Below, in pieces: positions 1-9,787 of a DNA stretch of 48,319 bases. A model generated the notes under the pieces. The model was not told where the DNA came from. It worked only from the letters and a program-made list of their open reading frames with translations, and made no database searches. The stretch lies in sequence record SRR20825019_1319. One strand, written 5' to 3'. The stretch's first letter is position 1, and each line of letters starts with the position of its first letter. The translations under genes were made by a program, and so were the position numbers.

Positions 1-1106
1 GCCAGCAGCACGTTCATGTGCCCCGGCATACGGCCCGCCACCGGGTGGATGGCATATTTGACCTCAACGCCCTCTTTCTTCAGCACATCACACATTTCCT
101 TGAGCGCGTGCTGCGCCTGCGCCACCGCCATGCCGTACCCCGGCACGATGATAACCTTGGAAGCGTTTTTCATGATGAAAGCCGCGTCTTCGGCTGAGCC
201 CTGTTTCACCGGGCGGGTCTCTGTCGTGCCGCCTGCGGCCACGCCGCCGTCACCACCAAACCCGCCAAGGATCACAGAGATGAAGCTGCGGTTCATGCCT
301 TTACACATGATGTAGCTGAGGATGGCACCGGAGGAGCCCACCAGCGCACCGGTGACGATAAGCGCGGTGTTCGCAAGCGTGAAACCAATGCCCGCCGCTG
401 CCCAGCCTGAATAGCTGTTCAGCATGGACACCACCACTGGCATGTCAGCACCCCCAATAGGGATGATGAGCAAGAAGCCAATGATGAAGCTGAGCGCCGT
501 GACGATCCAGAAAACATGGATGCCCGCGATCGCTGCGTCATTATCAACCACAAACCAGGCGATACCGCCAACAATACCTAAAGCCAGCAGGCTGTTGATA
601 ACGTGCCGCGCGGGCAGCATGATCGGCGCGCCAGACATGTTGCCGTTCAGCTTCGCAAACGCGATGACCGAGCCCGAGAAGGTGATGGCACCAATGGCGA
701 TGCCGATAGCCATCTCGATCTTGGAGGCTGTGTAGATATGGCCCATGGCGTCCGCAATGCCGAAGGATACCGGGTTGAGGAAGGCACTTGCCGCTACAAG
801 CACGGCGGCGAGGCCCACAAGGCTGTGGAAAGCCGCCACAAGCTGCGGCATGGCTGTCATCGCGATCTTGCGGGCGATGATGAAGCCGATACCACCACCG
901 ATCACGATGGCACCGATGATCCAGTCATAGGACACGATCTCGGGGTTGAGGATGGTTGTCACCACTGCGATGGCCATCCCTACCATGCCGAAGATATTAC
1001 CCTTGCGGCTGGTGACAGGTGACGACAGGCCGCGAAGCGACAGGATGAAAAGAACAGCAGCCACCAGGTAGGCAACGGCTGTGAGGTCAGCGTGCATTTG
1101 TGTCAT
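1..1106 (-). CDS. pntB: NAD(P)+ transhydrogenase subunit beta (3' end runs off the window)
   Basis: Not in the ORF track because it is open-ended. Read by hand from ATG 1106: MTQMHADLTAVAYLVAAVLFILSLRGLSSPVTSRKGNIFGMVGMAIAV, then MPQLVAAFHSLVG, IGGADMPVVVSMLNSYSGWAAAGIGF and IIVPGYGMAVAQAQH...HPVAGRMPGHMNVLL. Confidence 0.96.
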   Translation of the reverse strand, partial: MTQMHADLTAVAYLVAAVLFILSLRGLSSPVTSRKGNIFGMVGMAIAVVTTILNPEIVSYDWIIGAIVIGGGIGFIIARKIAMTAMPQLVAAFHSLVGLAAVLVAASAFLNPVSFGIADAMGHIYTASKIEMAIGIAIGAITFSGSVIAFAKLNGNMSGAPIMLPARHVINSLLALGIVGGIAWFVVDNDAAIAGIHVFWIVTALSFIIGFLLIIPIGGADMPVVVSMLNSYSGWAAAGIGFTLANTALIVTGALVGSSGAILSYIMCKGMNRSFISVILGGFGGDGGVAAGGTTETRPVKQGSAEDAAFIMKNASKVIIVPGYGMAVAQAQHALKEMCDVLKKEGVEVKYAIHPVAGRMPGHMNVLL

Positions 1107-1118
1107 GTGCGCGGGCCC

Positions 1119-1415
1119 CTATTTCTTTTTCTTATACATGGCGAGCATGCGGGCAGTGACCGCAAAACCACCAAAGATATTCACGGCCGCGAGGCCGATG
1201 GCGATGGCGCCCAGCACTTTGGAAAGCGTTGCTCCCTCAGGCCCGGCGGCAATGAGCGCACCCACGATGATCACGCTTGAGATGGCGTTGGTGACGCTCA
1301 TCAGCGGCGTGTGCAGCGCAGGCGTGACCGACCACACCACATAATAGCCAATGAAAATCGCCAGAATGAAAACGGAGAACTGCTGAACGAATGGGTTTAC
1401 GATAATGTCATGCAT
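1119..1415 (-). CDS. pntAb: NAD(P)+ transhydrogenase subunit alpha, membrane part (alpha-2)
   Basis: VWSVTPALHTPLMSVTNAISS and NIFGGFAVTARMLAMY motifs; lies between pntAa and pntB. Confidence 0.95.
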   Translation of the reverse strand: MHDIIVNPFVQQFSVFILAIFIGYYVVWSVTPALHTPLMSVTNAISSVIIVGALIAAGPEGATLSKVLGAIAIGLAAVNIFGGFAVTARMLAMYKKKK

Positions 1416-1416
1416 C

Positions 1417-2547
1417 TTATTTCTCCCCTTTCAGGCGTTCGTTAACGACCGCACCGTCTTTGGTGATGAGCGATTCCCTGATGATTTCATCGTCAAAATC
1501 GAACGCAAGCGCGCCGTCTTTCACCATTGGTGTGATGAAGTGCACCAGATTGCGGGCGTAAAGCGCGGAGGCGTCCGCCGCCAGGCGTGATGGCACGTTT
1601 TTGTGCCCAACGATTTTAACACCATGTGCCTCGACCACCTTGCCAGGTTCCGAAAGCGCGCAGTTGCCGCCCATCTCAACCGCAAGGTCAACGATCACGC
1701 TGCCCGGTTTCATGGATTTGATCATGTCTTCCGTGATCAGCTTTGGTGCCGGCCTGCCGGGGATAAGCGCCGTGGTGATGGCGATATCCTGCTTGGCCAG
1801 CGTTTCCGCAATCAAGGCCGCTTGCTTGGCTTTATACTCGTCAGACATTTCTTTCGCGTAACCGCCAGAGGTTTCTGCGGCTGCGGTTTCCTCGTCCTCG
1901 ACCATCACAAACTTGCCGCCCAAACTTTCAACCTGTTCCTTGGCTGCGGGACGAACGTCTGTAGCACTTACGATAGCACCGAGGCGCTTCGCGGTTGCGA
2001 TAGCCTGAAGCCCGGCAACACCTGCACCCATCACCATCACCTTGGCAGGCGCGATTGTGCCCGCAGCGGTCATCATCATCGGCAGCGCCCGGCCAAACTC
2101 GGCCGTGGCGTCCAGCACCGCTTTATAGCCCGCGAGGTTGGATTGGCTTGAGAGCACATCCATCGACTGCGCGCGGGTGATGCGCGGCACAAATTCCATG
2201 GCAAAGGACATCAGGCCCGCGCTCGCATAGTCACCGAGGCGCTCCCCTTCCTGAAACGGGTTGAGGACCGCGAGAAGCGCCGCGCCAGACTTGGCGGCTT
2301 TGGCGTCCTTACCCTCCAACCCCTGCACGGAAAATATGACGTCCGCGTCCTTGAGGGTGGATTTGAGGTCTTTGGCGACAGCGGCACCGGCGGCTTCAAA
2401 GGCGCCATCCGGGATAGATGCACCATCCCCGGCCCCTTTTTCCACGCTGACGGTAAAACCAAGCGCAATGAGTTTTTTAATACTGTCCGGGGTGGCTGCG
2501 ACACGCTTCTCTGCGTCTCGCCTTTCCCGAATAACGGCTAGTTTCAT
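1417..2547 (-). CDS. pntAa: NAD(P)+ transhydrogenase subunit alpha, NAD-binding domain dI (alpha-1)
   Basis: PRITRAQSMDVLSSQSNLAGYKAV, GAGVAGLQAIATAKRLGA and GGYAKEMS motifs. Start moved to ATG 2547 (MKLAVIRE), which has a GGAGA RBS. Confidence 0.95.
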   Translation of the reverse strand: MKLAVIRERRDAEKRVAATPDSIKKLIALGFTVSVEKGAGDGASIPDGAFEAAGAAVAKDLKSTLKDADVIFSVQGLEGKDAKAAKSGAALLAVLNPFQEGERLGDYASAGLMSFAMEFVPRITRAQSMDVLSSQSNLAGYKAVLDATAEFGRALPMMMTAAGTIAPAKVMVMGAGVAGLQAIATAKRLGAIVSATDVRPAAKEQVESLGGKFVMVEDEETAAAETSGGYAKEMSDEYKAKQAALIAETLAKQDIAITTALIPGRPAPKLITEDMIKSMKPGSVIVDLAVEMGGNCALSEPGKVVEAHGVKIVGHKNVPSRLAADASALYARNLVHFITPMVKDGALAFDFDDEIIRESLITKDGAVVNERLKGEK

Positions 2548-2723
2548 GAGTTTATCTCCCTGAAACAGATTAAAGGCAAATCTACAAAGGCAGGCAGGCA
2601 CCAAATGTTTGGTTGTTTTTTGTATTTGCCCCCGTGCGCCGCACGCCCGAGCCAGAAAGGTAGCGCAAATGCACATTCAAGCAACATTCTTTCTTTCAAT
2701 TACAGAAATAGAAAATTTTATCA

Positions 2724-2739
2724 TTTGGGTTTTGTTAAC
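2724..2739 (+). promoter_or_regulatory. Possible degenerate CtrA box upstream of tacA (TTTG-N7-TTAAC)
   Basis: The right half matches the TTAA-N7-TTAAC consensus; the left half has two mismatches. tacA is CtrA-controlled in Caulobacter. Confidence 0.3.
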
Positions 2740-2818
2740 AAGTGTCCTGAAATGATACATTCCGATTCGCGCTGCAGGCTGAGACAGCGCCTATCATGCG
2801 TATCGGGGGATATCAGGC

Positions 2819-4285
2819 ATGAAACAAGAACGCGTATTGATTGTAGAAGACGAGTTGACACAGGTGATGCTGCTTGAGGGGGTGATCAAGCGCGCGGGCT
2901 TTGTGGCTGAACACGCCATGGACGGCGCGGACGCCATCAAACGGCTGAATGACGCCGGTGCACCACCTATAGACGTTGTGCTGCTTGACCTGATGATGCC
3001 GGGAATGAGCGGCATTGAGGTCCTCAACGCCATTCGCCCAAAACACCCCACCCTGCCTGTTGTGATGCTCACGGCACATTCCTCCATCACCACGGTGGTC
3101 GATGCCATGCGCGCGGGCGCCAACGACTTTATCGTCAAACCCGCCAGCGCTGAACGTATCCGCACCGCTATAGAGGCCGCACTGAAGACCAATGGTTTTG
3201 TCGGCGAGATCGCGCCGGTCAGTGGGCAGATGACCGGCCAGATGCAAGGGCATGGTTTTGATAACCTTGTCGGCACCAGCGTGGGCATGCAGCGGGCGGT
3301 CAAGCTGGCGAAAAAAGCCGCCAGCTCCAGCATTCCGGTGCTGATTGAGGGCGAGAGCGGTGTGGGCAAGGAAGTTTTCGCCCGCGCGATCCATGAGGCC
3401 AGCGAACGCTCCGGCACCGCATTTGTTGCGGTCAACTGCGGTGCTATCCCGGAAAATCTGGTGGAAAGCATCCTTTTTGGCCATGAAAAAGGCGCTTTCA
3501 CGGGCGCCACGGAAAAGCGCATCGGTAAATTTCAGGAAGCCAATGGCGGCACGCTGTTTCTGGATGAAGTGGGGGAACTGCCCCTTGATGTGCAGGTCAA
3601 ACTCCTACGCGCCATTCAGGAAAAAGAGATCGACCCGGTTGGCGGCAAACAAAGCGTGCGGGTTGATATAAGGATCATTTCGGCAACGAACCGAAATTTG
3701 GCCGACCTGTCGGCCAGCGGTGCGTTCCGGGAAGACCTTTATTATCGGCTGAATGTTTTCCCCATCCTGATACCACCGCTTCGGGACAGGAACAGCGACA
3801 TCCCGGCGCTGGCGGAACATTTCCTCGCCCAGATATCCGCGCTTGAGGAAGTACCGCGCCGCCGCATCACGCGTGACGTGCTTGATCTGCTCTCAGGCTA
3901 TAGCTGGCCCGGCAACATCCGCCAGCTGCAGAACGCGCTTTTCCGCGCTGTGATCCTCTCTGAAGAAGATACGCTCCGGCAAAGCGATTTCCCGCACCTG
4001 ATGGGCCAACCGCTAACCATGCAGCCCGCGCAGTCCATCCAGCCCAGCCCTCACCAGACATTACCAGCAGCGGCCGCACCTGTCGAAATTATGCCACAAG
4101 GTGGTGCTCTTCTGATATTGCATGGACAAGACGGCCACATCCGGCCCCTCGCAGAACTGGAAGCGGATATCATTCGGCAAACGCTGCTCAAATATGATGG
4201 ACGCATGGCCGAAGTGGCACGCCGTCTGGGTATCGGAAGGTCAACACTATACCGCAAGGTAGCAGAATACGGCTTAAACACTTGA
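2819..4285 (+). CDS. tacA: Sigma54-dependent response regulator (REC-AAA+-Fis HTH), TacA-like
   Basis: REC domain (LLDLMMPG, FIVKPASAERI), Walker A GESGVGKE, GAFTGA loop. The C-terminus GHIRPLAELEADII...MAEVARRLGIGRSTLYRKV resembles Caulobacter TacA as I recall it. Confidence 0.85.
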   Translation: MKQERVLIVEDELTQVMLLEGVIKRAGFVAEHAMDGADAIKRLNDAGAPPIDVVLLDLMMPGMSGIEVLNAIRPKHPTLPVVMLTAHSSITTVVDAMRAGANDFIVKPASAERIRTAIEAALKTNGFVGEIAPVSGQMTGQMQGHGFDNLVGTSVGMQRAVKLAKKAASSSIPVLIEGESGVGKEVFARAIHEASERSGTAFVAVNCGAIPENLVESILFGHEKGAFTGATEKRIGKFQEANGGTLFLDEVGELPLDVQVKLLRAIQEKEIDPVGGKQSVRVDIRIISATNRNLADLSASGAFREDLYYRLNVFPILIPPLRDRNSDIPALAEHFLAQISALEEVPRRRITRDVLDLLSGYSWPGNIRQLQNALFRAVILSEEDTLRQSDFPHLMGQPLTMQPAQSIQPSPHQTLPAAAAPVEIMPQGGALLILHGQDGHIRPLAELEADIIRQTLLKYDGRMAEVARRLGIGRSTLYRKVAEYGLNT

Positions 4286-4304
4286 GCCTTTGGGAGCATG
4301 AAGA

Positions 4305-5156
4305 GTGATCGGTGTATTTGATTCCGGCTCCGGCGGTTTGACCATCCTTGAAGCGCTGCACCGGCGCATGCCAGAGCAGGATTTCCTCTATCTGGGCGAT
4401 CACGCCAACGCACCTTACGGCCACCGGTCTAACGAACGTATCGTTGAGCTGACCCGAGAGGGTGTGGAAACCCTGTTCAAAGCCGGGTGCAGCCTAGTCA
4501 TTTTAGCCTGCAACACGGCAGCCGCCGTTGCCCTTCGCACGCTTCAGCAAAAATGGTTGCCGCTCGCCTATCCCGGCCGTCGCATCCTTGGTGTGCTGGT
4601 GCCTATGGTGGAGGCCATCACGGGCGTGCCGTGGTCACAGGAGCACCCCGGCGAAAGCGCAGCAAAACCGACAGGTAAAACCATCCTGCTGTTCGCTACG
4701 CAGAAAACTGTCAACAGCGGTGCTTATCTGGAAGAAGTGGCCAAACGCGCGCCCAATATCCGGCTCGTGCAGAAAGCCTGCCCCGGCCTTGTGGACGCCA
4801 TTGAAGGTGCCGCTGGCGCCCGCCCCCTGAAGGGCCTGATTGAAGGCTATGTGCAGGAAGCCCTTGAGGATGCGGGCAGCAAACCCGATGCCGCCCTTCT
4901 GGGCTGTACGCACTTCCCCCTTGCCCGCCCCTATTTTGAAAGCGCATTACCAATGGGCATGGAACTACTCTCGCAGCCCAATGTTGTTGCAACGTCGCTG
5001 GAAGGTTACCTGAAACGGCACCCGGAATTTGCACACAAGGGCACAGGCAGGGTCAGGCTTCTCACCACCGGCAAACCCGGTGACGTGAACCTGAGCGACA
5101 GTTACCTGCCGCCACACCTGTGCGAATTTGAAGGCCCACCCGCTAAAGCCGTTTAG
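4305..5156 (+). CDS. murI: Glutamate racemase
   Basis: IGVFDSGSGGLT, APYG, ILACNTA and LLGCTHFP motifs with both catalytic Cys. GTG start with a GGGAG RBS, 19 bp after the tacA stop. Confidence 0.93.
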   Translation: MIGVFDSGSGGLTILEALHRRMPEQDFLYLGDHANAPYGHRSNERIVELTREGVETLFKAGCSLVILACNTAAAVALRTLQQKWLPLAYPGRRILGVLVPMVEAITGVPWSQEHPGESAAKPTGKTILLFATQKTVNSGAYLEEVAKRAPNIRLVQKACPGLVDAIEGAAGARPLKGLIEGYVQEALEDAGSKPDAALLGCTHFPLARPYFESALPMGMELLSQPNVVATSLEGYLKRHPEFAHKGTGRVRLLTTGKPGDVNLSDSYLPPHLCEFEGPPAKAV

Positions 5157-5167
5157 GCCGAAACAGC

Positions 5168-6955
5168 CTAAGCCTCCAGCGCCTGCTGCCGCACATCATC
5201 AAGGAACAGTGTGGTCACATTGCGCATCTGGTCTGTTGCCTGCTGAATGGTTTTTGACGCCACCGCCATCTGGCTTGACGCATCCCGCGTTTGCCGCGCC
5301 CCATCCGCCGCCCCTGCTACGTGACGGCTTACGTCCTGTGTGCCGGTTGCTGCTTCCTGTACGTTACGGGCGATCTCGTCCGTCGCGGCGCGCTGTTCTT
5401 CTACCGCTGATGCAACACCAGAGGCCATCTCCGCGATCTGCTGGATACCCCTGCGGATCGCTTTCATCGCATCATTGGCCCTGTTGGACTGCGCTTGCAC
5501 TGCGCCTATCTGTTCGCTGATCTGCTCGGTCGCTTTGCCCGTCTGGTTCGCAAGGCTTTTGACCTCGCTGGCCACAACGGCAAAACCTTTACCCGCTTCG
5601 CCAGCACGGGCTGCCTCGATTGTGGCATTAAGCGCCAGCAGGTTGGTTTGCTCCGCAATGTCATTGATCAGCTTGACTATCTCACCAATCGCACCGGAGG
5701 ACTGGGCAAGCTCGGTCATGATCTGCTCAGACTGACCCGCAGCGGACGCCGTTTCCTGTGATTGCCGTGAGGACATGTCCATCTGACGCGCGATCTCAGC
5801 CACAGATTGCCCAAGTTCCTCTGTAGCCGCCGCGACGGTCTGCACGTTGGAGCTGGATTCTTCCGCCGACGCTGCCGCCGCCGAAGTCTGATCGCCGGTT
5901 TTGTCCGCCGTCTGCACAAGCAGGTCAGAGATATTCATCAGGTTATTCAGCTCTGCCGCAACCTGCGCCATGGTGTCCTGCACCTTGCTATCAAACTCCG
6001 TGATCAGAGCGGTAATCAATGCTGTTTTCCGCTCGCGAGCTTCCACCTCTTCCTGCTGGCGCCTGAGCTCTGCTTCCTGTGCTTCCTGTTCCAAACGCAA
6101 GCGCTCGCGCTCGGCTTCTTCCTCACGTAGTCGAGCGGCTTCAGCTTCTTTCCTCAATCGGGTGCGTTCAATCGCATTTTCCTTGAAAGTATTCACCGCG
6201 CCCGCCATGTGGCCGACCTCGTCCTTGAAGTTCATGCACGGCACATCAACCGTGTCGTCACCATCCGCCAGTGTCAGCATCGTGGTGGTCATGCGCCGGA
6301 TAGGGACCGCAATCTGACGCGCGAAAAACAGCCCTGCAATCACCGCCACAACAACAATCAAAACGTTGGAAGCAACAGTGATGGTGTTCACGCCGCTGAT
6401 GGCTGCACCAGCCGCCTCATGGGCATGAGCAGCCATCTCCTGCTCAATTACATCCACTGCGGCTTCAAGTTCACGAATTTCATCAAATATATGGCCCGGC
6501 GCACCTGAGGCCTCAATGGCCCGGGCCTCATTCACTGTCAGGTAATGTGACATCAGCTTGACCTGACGTTCAGCGTACTGGCCACGCCATGCTTCCGCTT
6601 TTTCAATAATCTGGTTAACAGGTGCCGCCAGTTCCGGCCGCCGGTCTGCGTAATCCAGCAGGTCTTTGGCGACCCGCTCGAACTTTTCTTCCGCCTCATT
6701 GTATTGCACAAGAACGGAACGGTCGCTCGCAACCAACAGATAAAGAATGGCCTGTCGTTGCCGGTCAAGGCTGCTGATCAACTCACTATAAGAGCTGCGG
6801 AAGTTCTGCACATCAGACGCCCCATCAAGCGTTGCCGACAGCCGCTTCATGTTTGCGAATGTGATGATGGACGATACCAACATGATGGCGATGAGAACGC
6901 CAAAGGCGGTGATGACCTTGCCAGGGATGGAAAGCTTCCTGATGATATCCAACAT
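5168..6955 (-). CDS. Methyl-accepting chemotaxis protein (TM, CHASE3/four-helix-bundle-like periplasmic domain, TM, HAMP, signalling domain)
   Basis: [37 protein letters not shown] hairpin tip; two TM helices; HAMP (PIRRMT...[10 protein letters not shown]). Confidence 0.95.
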   Translation of the reverse strand: MLDIIRKLSIPGKVITAFGVLIAIMLVSSIITFANMKRLSATLDGASDVQNFRSSYSELISSLDRQRQAILYLLVASDRSVLVQYNEAEEKFERVAKDLLDYADRRPELAAPVNQIIEKAEAWRGQYAERQVKLMSHYLTVNEARAIEASGAPGHIFDEIRELEAAVDVIEQEMAAHAHEAAGAAISGVNTITVASNVLIVVVAVIAGLFFARQIAVPIRRMTTTMLTLADGDDTVDVPCMNFKDEVGHMAGAVNTFKENAIERTRLRKEAEAARLREEEAERERLRLEQEAQEAELRRQQEEVEARERKTALITALITEFDSKVQDTMAQVAAELNNLMNISDLLVQTADKTGDQTSAAAASAEESSSNVQTVAAATEELGQSVAEIARQMDMSSRQSQETASAAGQSEQIMTELAQSSGAIGEIVKLINDIAEQTNLLALNATIEAARAGEAGKGFAVVASEVKSLANQTGKATEQISEQIGAVQAQSNRANDAMKAIRRGIQQIAEMASGVASAVEEQRAATDEIARNVQEAATGTQDVSRHVAGAADGARQTRDASSQMAVASKTIQQATDQMRNVTTLFLDDVRQQALEA

Positions 6956-7569
6956 TACTGGCCTCCCGCCGGTGTGTTTCTGCTACGGCGTGCCAGCTCC
7001 GTGAGGTTGATCTCTACAGTGACGGCACCTATGGGCTGGCCCCTGTCTGATTGCAGGGTCATATTCGCCTGCGCACGCCATGTGCCGGATGCTTCATGAA
7101 GCTCCGCCTCATCGATAAAAATGGCACCTGCGCCCACATCAAACGTCTTCTGGAACTTGGCTTCATCACCCTGCCAGAAGTCAGACGTAATGGCGCTTTG
7201 GCCCGCGTTCAGCCCCTGTGCATCGATGACAAAAATTTCGGTAAACAGTCCGGCAGACGCGGCCTGCACCTGGGTAAGATACGTTGAAAGCGGGTTATTG
7301 AGCGTTGCGGCGATCAGGGGTTGGTTGTCTGCCTCGCGCTCGGCACGCCACTGGCTATCAAGGCTGTTGATATTCGCCTGACTCAAGTTGGCGTACCGAC
7401 GATTTTGTGCTTCCAGCGTCATGAACACCACTGGCACAAGAAGCCAGCTCCGTACCTCACCCAAAGTCTCGTCATCAATCAGCGACGTTGAGGGTTGCTG
7501 CGCACCGGACATGGGCGCAAAAGACAACATCACCAGCAACACCGCTGCCTGCACAGTGTATCGTACCAT
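6955..7569 (-). CDS. Exported stand-alone PDC/Cache-like sensor-domain protein
   Basis: Signal peptide [53 protein letters not shown] and [10 protein letters not shown] are Cache-like. Its stop overlaps the MCP start (TAATG at 6953-6957). Alternative start at 7602. Confidence 0.75.
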   Translation of the reverse strand: MVRYTVQAAVLLVMLSFAPMSGAQQPSTSLIDDETLGEVRSWLLVPVVFMTLEAQNRRYANLSQANINSLDSQWRAEREADNQPLIAATLNNPLSTYLTQVQAASAGLFTEIFVIDAQGLNAGQSAITSDFWQGDEAKFQKTFDVGAGAIFIDEAELHEASGTWRAQANMTLQSDRGQPIGAVTVEINLTELARRSRNTPAGGQ

Positions 7570-7672
7570 GGAAGTACCTTTCCCTGGCGCCTGATCAAGC
7601 ATTTGGACCCGGCGCTCACGTGGAGGGCAGACGCGTCACCTTCCTTCAACGGAAGCCAACCAAAACCGACAA

Positions 7673-7701
7673 AACATAGCTAAATATAGCTAAATATAGC
7701 T
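7673..7701. repeat. Three tandem 10-bp direct repeats, AAA(C/T)ATAGCT
   Basis: Seen directly: aacatagct aaatatagct aaatatagct. A further partial copy, aacatagc, lies near 7747-7754. Confidence 0.8.
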
Positions 7702-7827
7702 CTGGCCGGATCATGGCAGACCGACTGCAGAAGGGTGGAAAATCAGAACATAGCGGGACGCGACAGCCCCCGACCTTAATCTTTGCGGGGCGGAAGACCC
7801 CACGTCTGAATATTGGCACGGGACAAA

Positions 7828-7843
7828 CTAATATACGGTTAAC
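7828..7843 (+). promoter_or_regulatory. Putative CtrA binding site CTAA-tatacgg-TTAAC
   Basis: One mismatch to TTAA-N7-TTAAC, in the intergenic region upstream of the chemoreceptor operon. Chemotaxis genes are typical CtrA targets. Confidence 0.55.
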
Positions 7844-8015
7844 GATAGAAGCGCCAAAGGGGTGTGGCGGGATCCGGCCACGGATGGGCGGCACCACAGC
7901 ACTTCTTGCCTGGCGCGGGGCGAGCAGATAGGCTACCTAGAGATCGCTGTTGCAGAAGTGCTGCAAAGCATAAAGCCATCAATAGCTTAGGCACTCGCTG
8001 GAGGCTGACCCCTAT

Positions 8016-9746
8016 ATGAGTTCTCTCGCTGTCTTCCCAAAAAACGCGGCAAAAGCCCAGCGCCTGCATCAATTCCTGCAGCCACGCGCCTCAAGCTATC
8101 AGGAGCTTGATGTGCCGGGCTTTCCCGAACTCACGCTTGTTTTATGGGCGGCAGACAGAGCGAGCACGACGCTTTTCCTCCCACTTGACGACAATGACTT
8201 TATCGCTGTCACAGGCACGTTGTTCGTTGCCGATAAAACCGGGCCAGAGGCCGCCCGCGCACTTCATGAAAGCTTTGACGCAGCCAGTTTTGACTGGACG
8301 GATTGCACCGGCCAATTTGTGGCGGTCATCGGCAAAGCGGGCAAGCTGCATATGGTGAATGACGGTCTTGGAAGCTGGAAGCTTTATAGTGACACAGACG
8401 GCTCGTTTGCCTCCGCCGGGTTTCTTGAGGCTTCGCTCCTCAAAGACAGCCTGAGCTTTAATGCGCAAGGCGTCTATGAGTATGCCTTCACCGGCTTTGT
8501 GCTGGGCGAAGCCACCTTTGTGAATGAGATCACAGCCGTGATGCCTCATCATCTTCTGGCGTGGCAAGGCGGTGCCTTCAAACCAATAGAGAAACCAACA
8601 CCCATAAAAGCCACCCAGCGAAACAACGCGAGCTTTGATGACATGCTGAAGCTTCAGCTCACGGCTCTCCGGGCTCGTTTCTCAAAATTCGCGACCCTGC
8701 CGGTGGACGCCGTGACCTCTTCGGTCTCGGGCGGTTTCGATTCTCGCCTGATGATCGCGCTTCTTAAAGAAGCCGGGCTACGGCCCAACCTCTTTGTATA
8801 TGGCGCGGATGACGACGAGGATGTCCCGCCGTCAAAAGCATTGGCAGATTATTTTGGCCTGCCACTCAACCATGTTGACCGCGGCACGTTTACCCCGCCC
8901 GAACACCTGCCCACGGTTGAAGATGTGCTCTATTATTTTGATGGCTGGAAAGATGACGGGCTTGCTGATTTTGAGCATGACATCACTGACCGCAAGAACC
9001 GGGCTGCGAGTGCGTCCTATATGGCCAACGGTAAATGTGGTGAAATTTACCGACATTATTATTACCAGCATGTCGGTAAGAGCGGTATCAACCTTAACGC
9101 CTTTGTACGCGGCACTTTTGGCAGACACGTGCCGCAAATGGTAACCCCGCGCTTTGATCGCCACAGCTTTGAGGCCAATGTGACGCGTGCGTTCCGGGCC
9201 TTGACCGGTTTTGACGGCACGCGCCTGAGCCAGGAAGATCTCGACTATCTGTATCCTAAGGTACGCATCTGTCACGATGCCGGGCGTGACATTACCGTCA
9301 ACCACCGTTTCTCGCACGCGCTCTACCCATTTGCGGAAGCAGAGCTGAGCGGGCCTGCGCTCGCCCTCAACTATGAGGAACGGCTATACGGCAAGCTTGA
9401 AGCTCATGTTATCGCGGCGATTGACCCGGACCTTATCAACATCCCAAGCGCATACGGTTATGACCTATTGAGAGGCCCTGGCCTCGCCTATCGGCTCAAG
9501 ATGGCCGCGTCTTACCACCGGCCCACATGGCTACGTACCGCGGTACCTGCGCTCAAGACCATGCTCAGCCCGGCCAGTGCAATCGATATGGCCTCCCTGC
9601 CGGAAGCCACCCTTATCACGGATAAAACCATGCCTGCCATGCAGCGCTATTTCAATCTGGACAGGGTATGCGACAGGCGCACAGCTTCGCGCATTTATGC
9701 GCTGGAAGTGCTCGCGCAATACGTCGGTATCACCTCAAACAATTAG
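8016..9746 (+). CDS. Asparagine synthase-related ATP-dependent amide ligase (no N-terminal catalytic Cys)
   Basis: PP-loop SVSGGFDSR; Ntn-like N-terminal domain (GQFVAVI...NDGLGSWKLY); downstream NGKCGEIYR; N-terminus is MSSLAV rather than MCG. Confidence 0.75.
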   Translation: MSSLAVFPKNAAKAQRLHQFLQPRASSYQELDVPGFPELTLVLWAADRASTTLFLPLDDNDFIAVTGTLFVADKTGPEAARALHESFDAASFDWTDCTGQFVAVIGKAGKLHMVNDGLGSWKLYSDTDGSFASAGFLEASLLKDSLSFNAQGVYEYAFTGFVLGEATFVNEITAVMPHHLLAWQGGAFKPIEKPTPIKATQRNNASFDDMLKLQLTALRARFSKFATLPVDAVTSSVSGGFDSRLMIALLKEAGLRPNLFVYGADDDEDVPPSKALADYFGLPLNHVDRGTFTPPEHLPTVEDVLYYFDGWKDDGLADFEHDITDRKNRAASASYMANGKCGEIYRHYYYQHVGKSGINLNAFVRGTFGRHVPQMVTPRFDRHSFEANVTRAFRALTGFDGTRLSQEDLDYLYPKVRICHDAGRDITVNHRFSHALYPFAEAELSGPALALNYEERLYGKLEAHVIAAIDPDLINIPSAYGYDLLRGPGLAYRLKMAASYHRPTWLRTAVPALKTMLSPASAIDMASLPEATLITDKTMPAMQRYFNLDRVCDRRTASRIYALEVLAQYVGITSNN

Positions 9747-9787
9747 GGCGCTAGAAAGCGCCCTATGCAGCAGTATACAGCTGTGTG

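Noticed and set aside
7814-7830. TGGCACG as a sigma54 promoter (also TGGCAC at 23738)
   Set aside because: The -12 TTGC element is missing at the required spacing in both cases.
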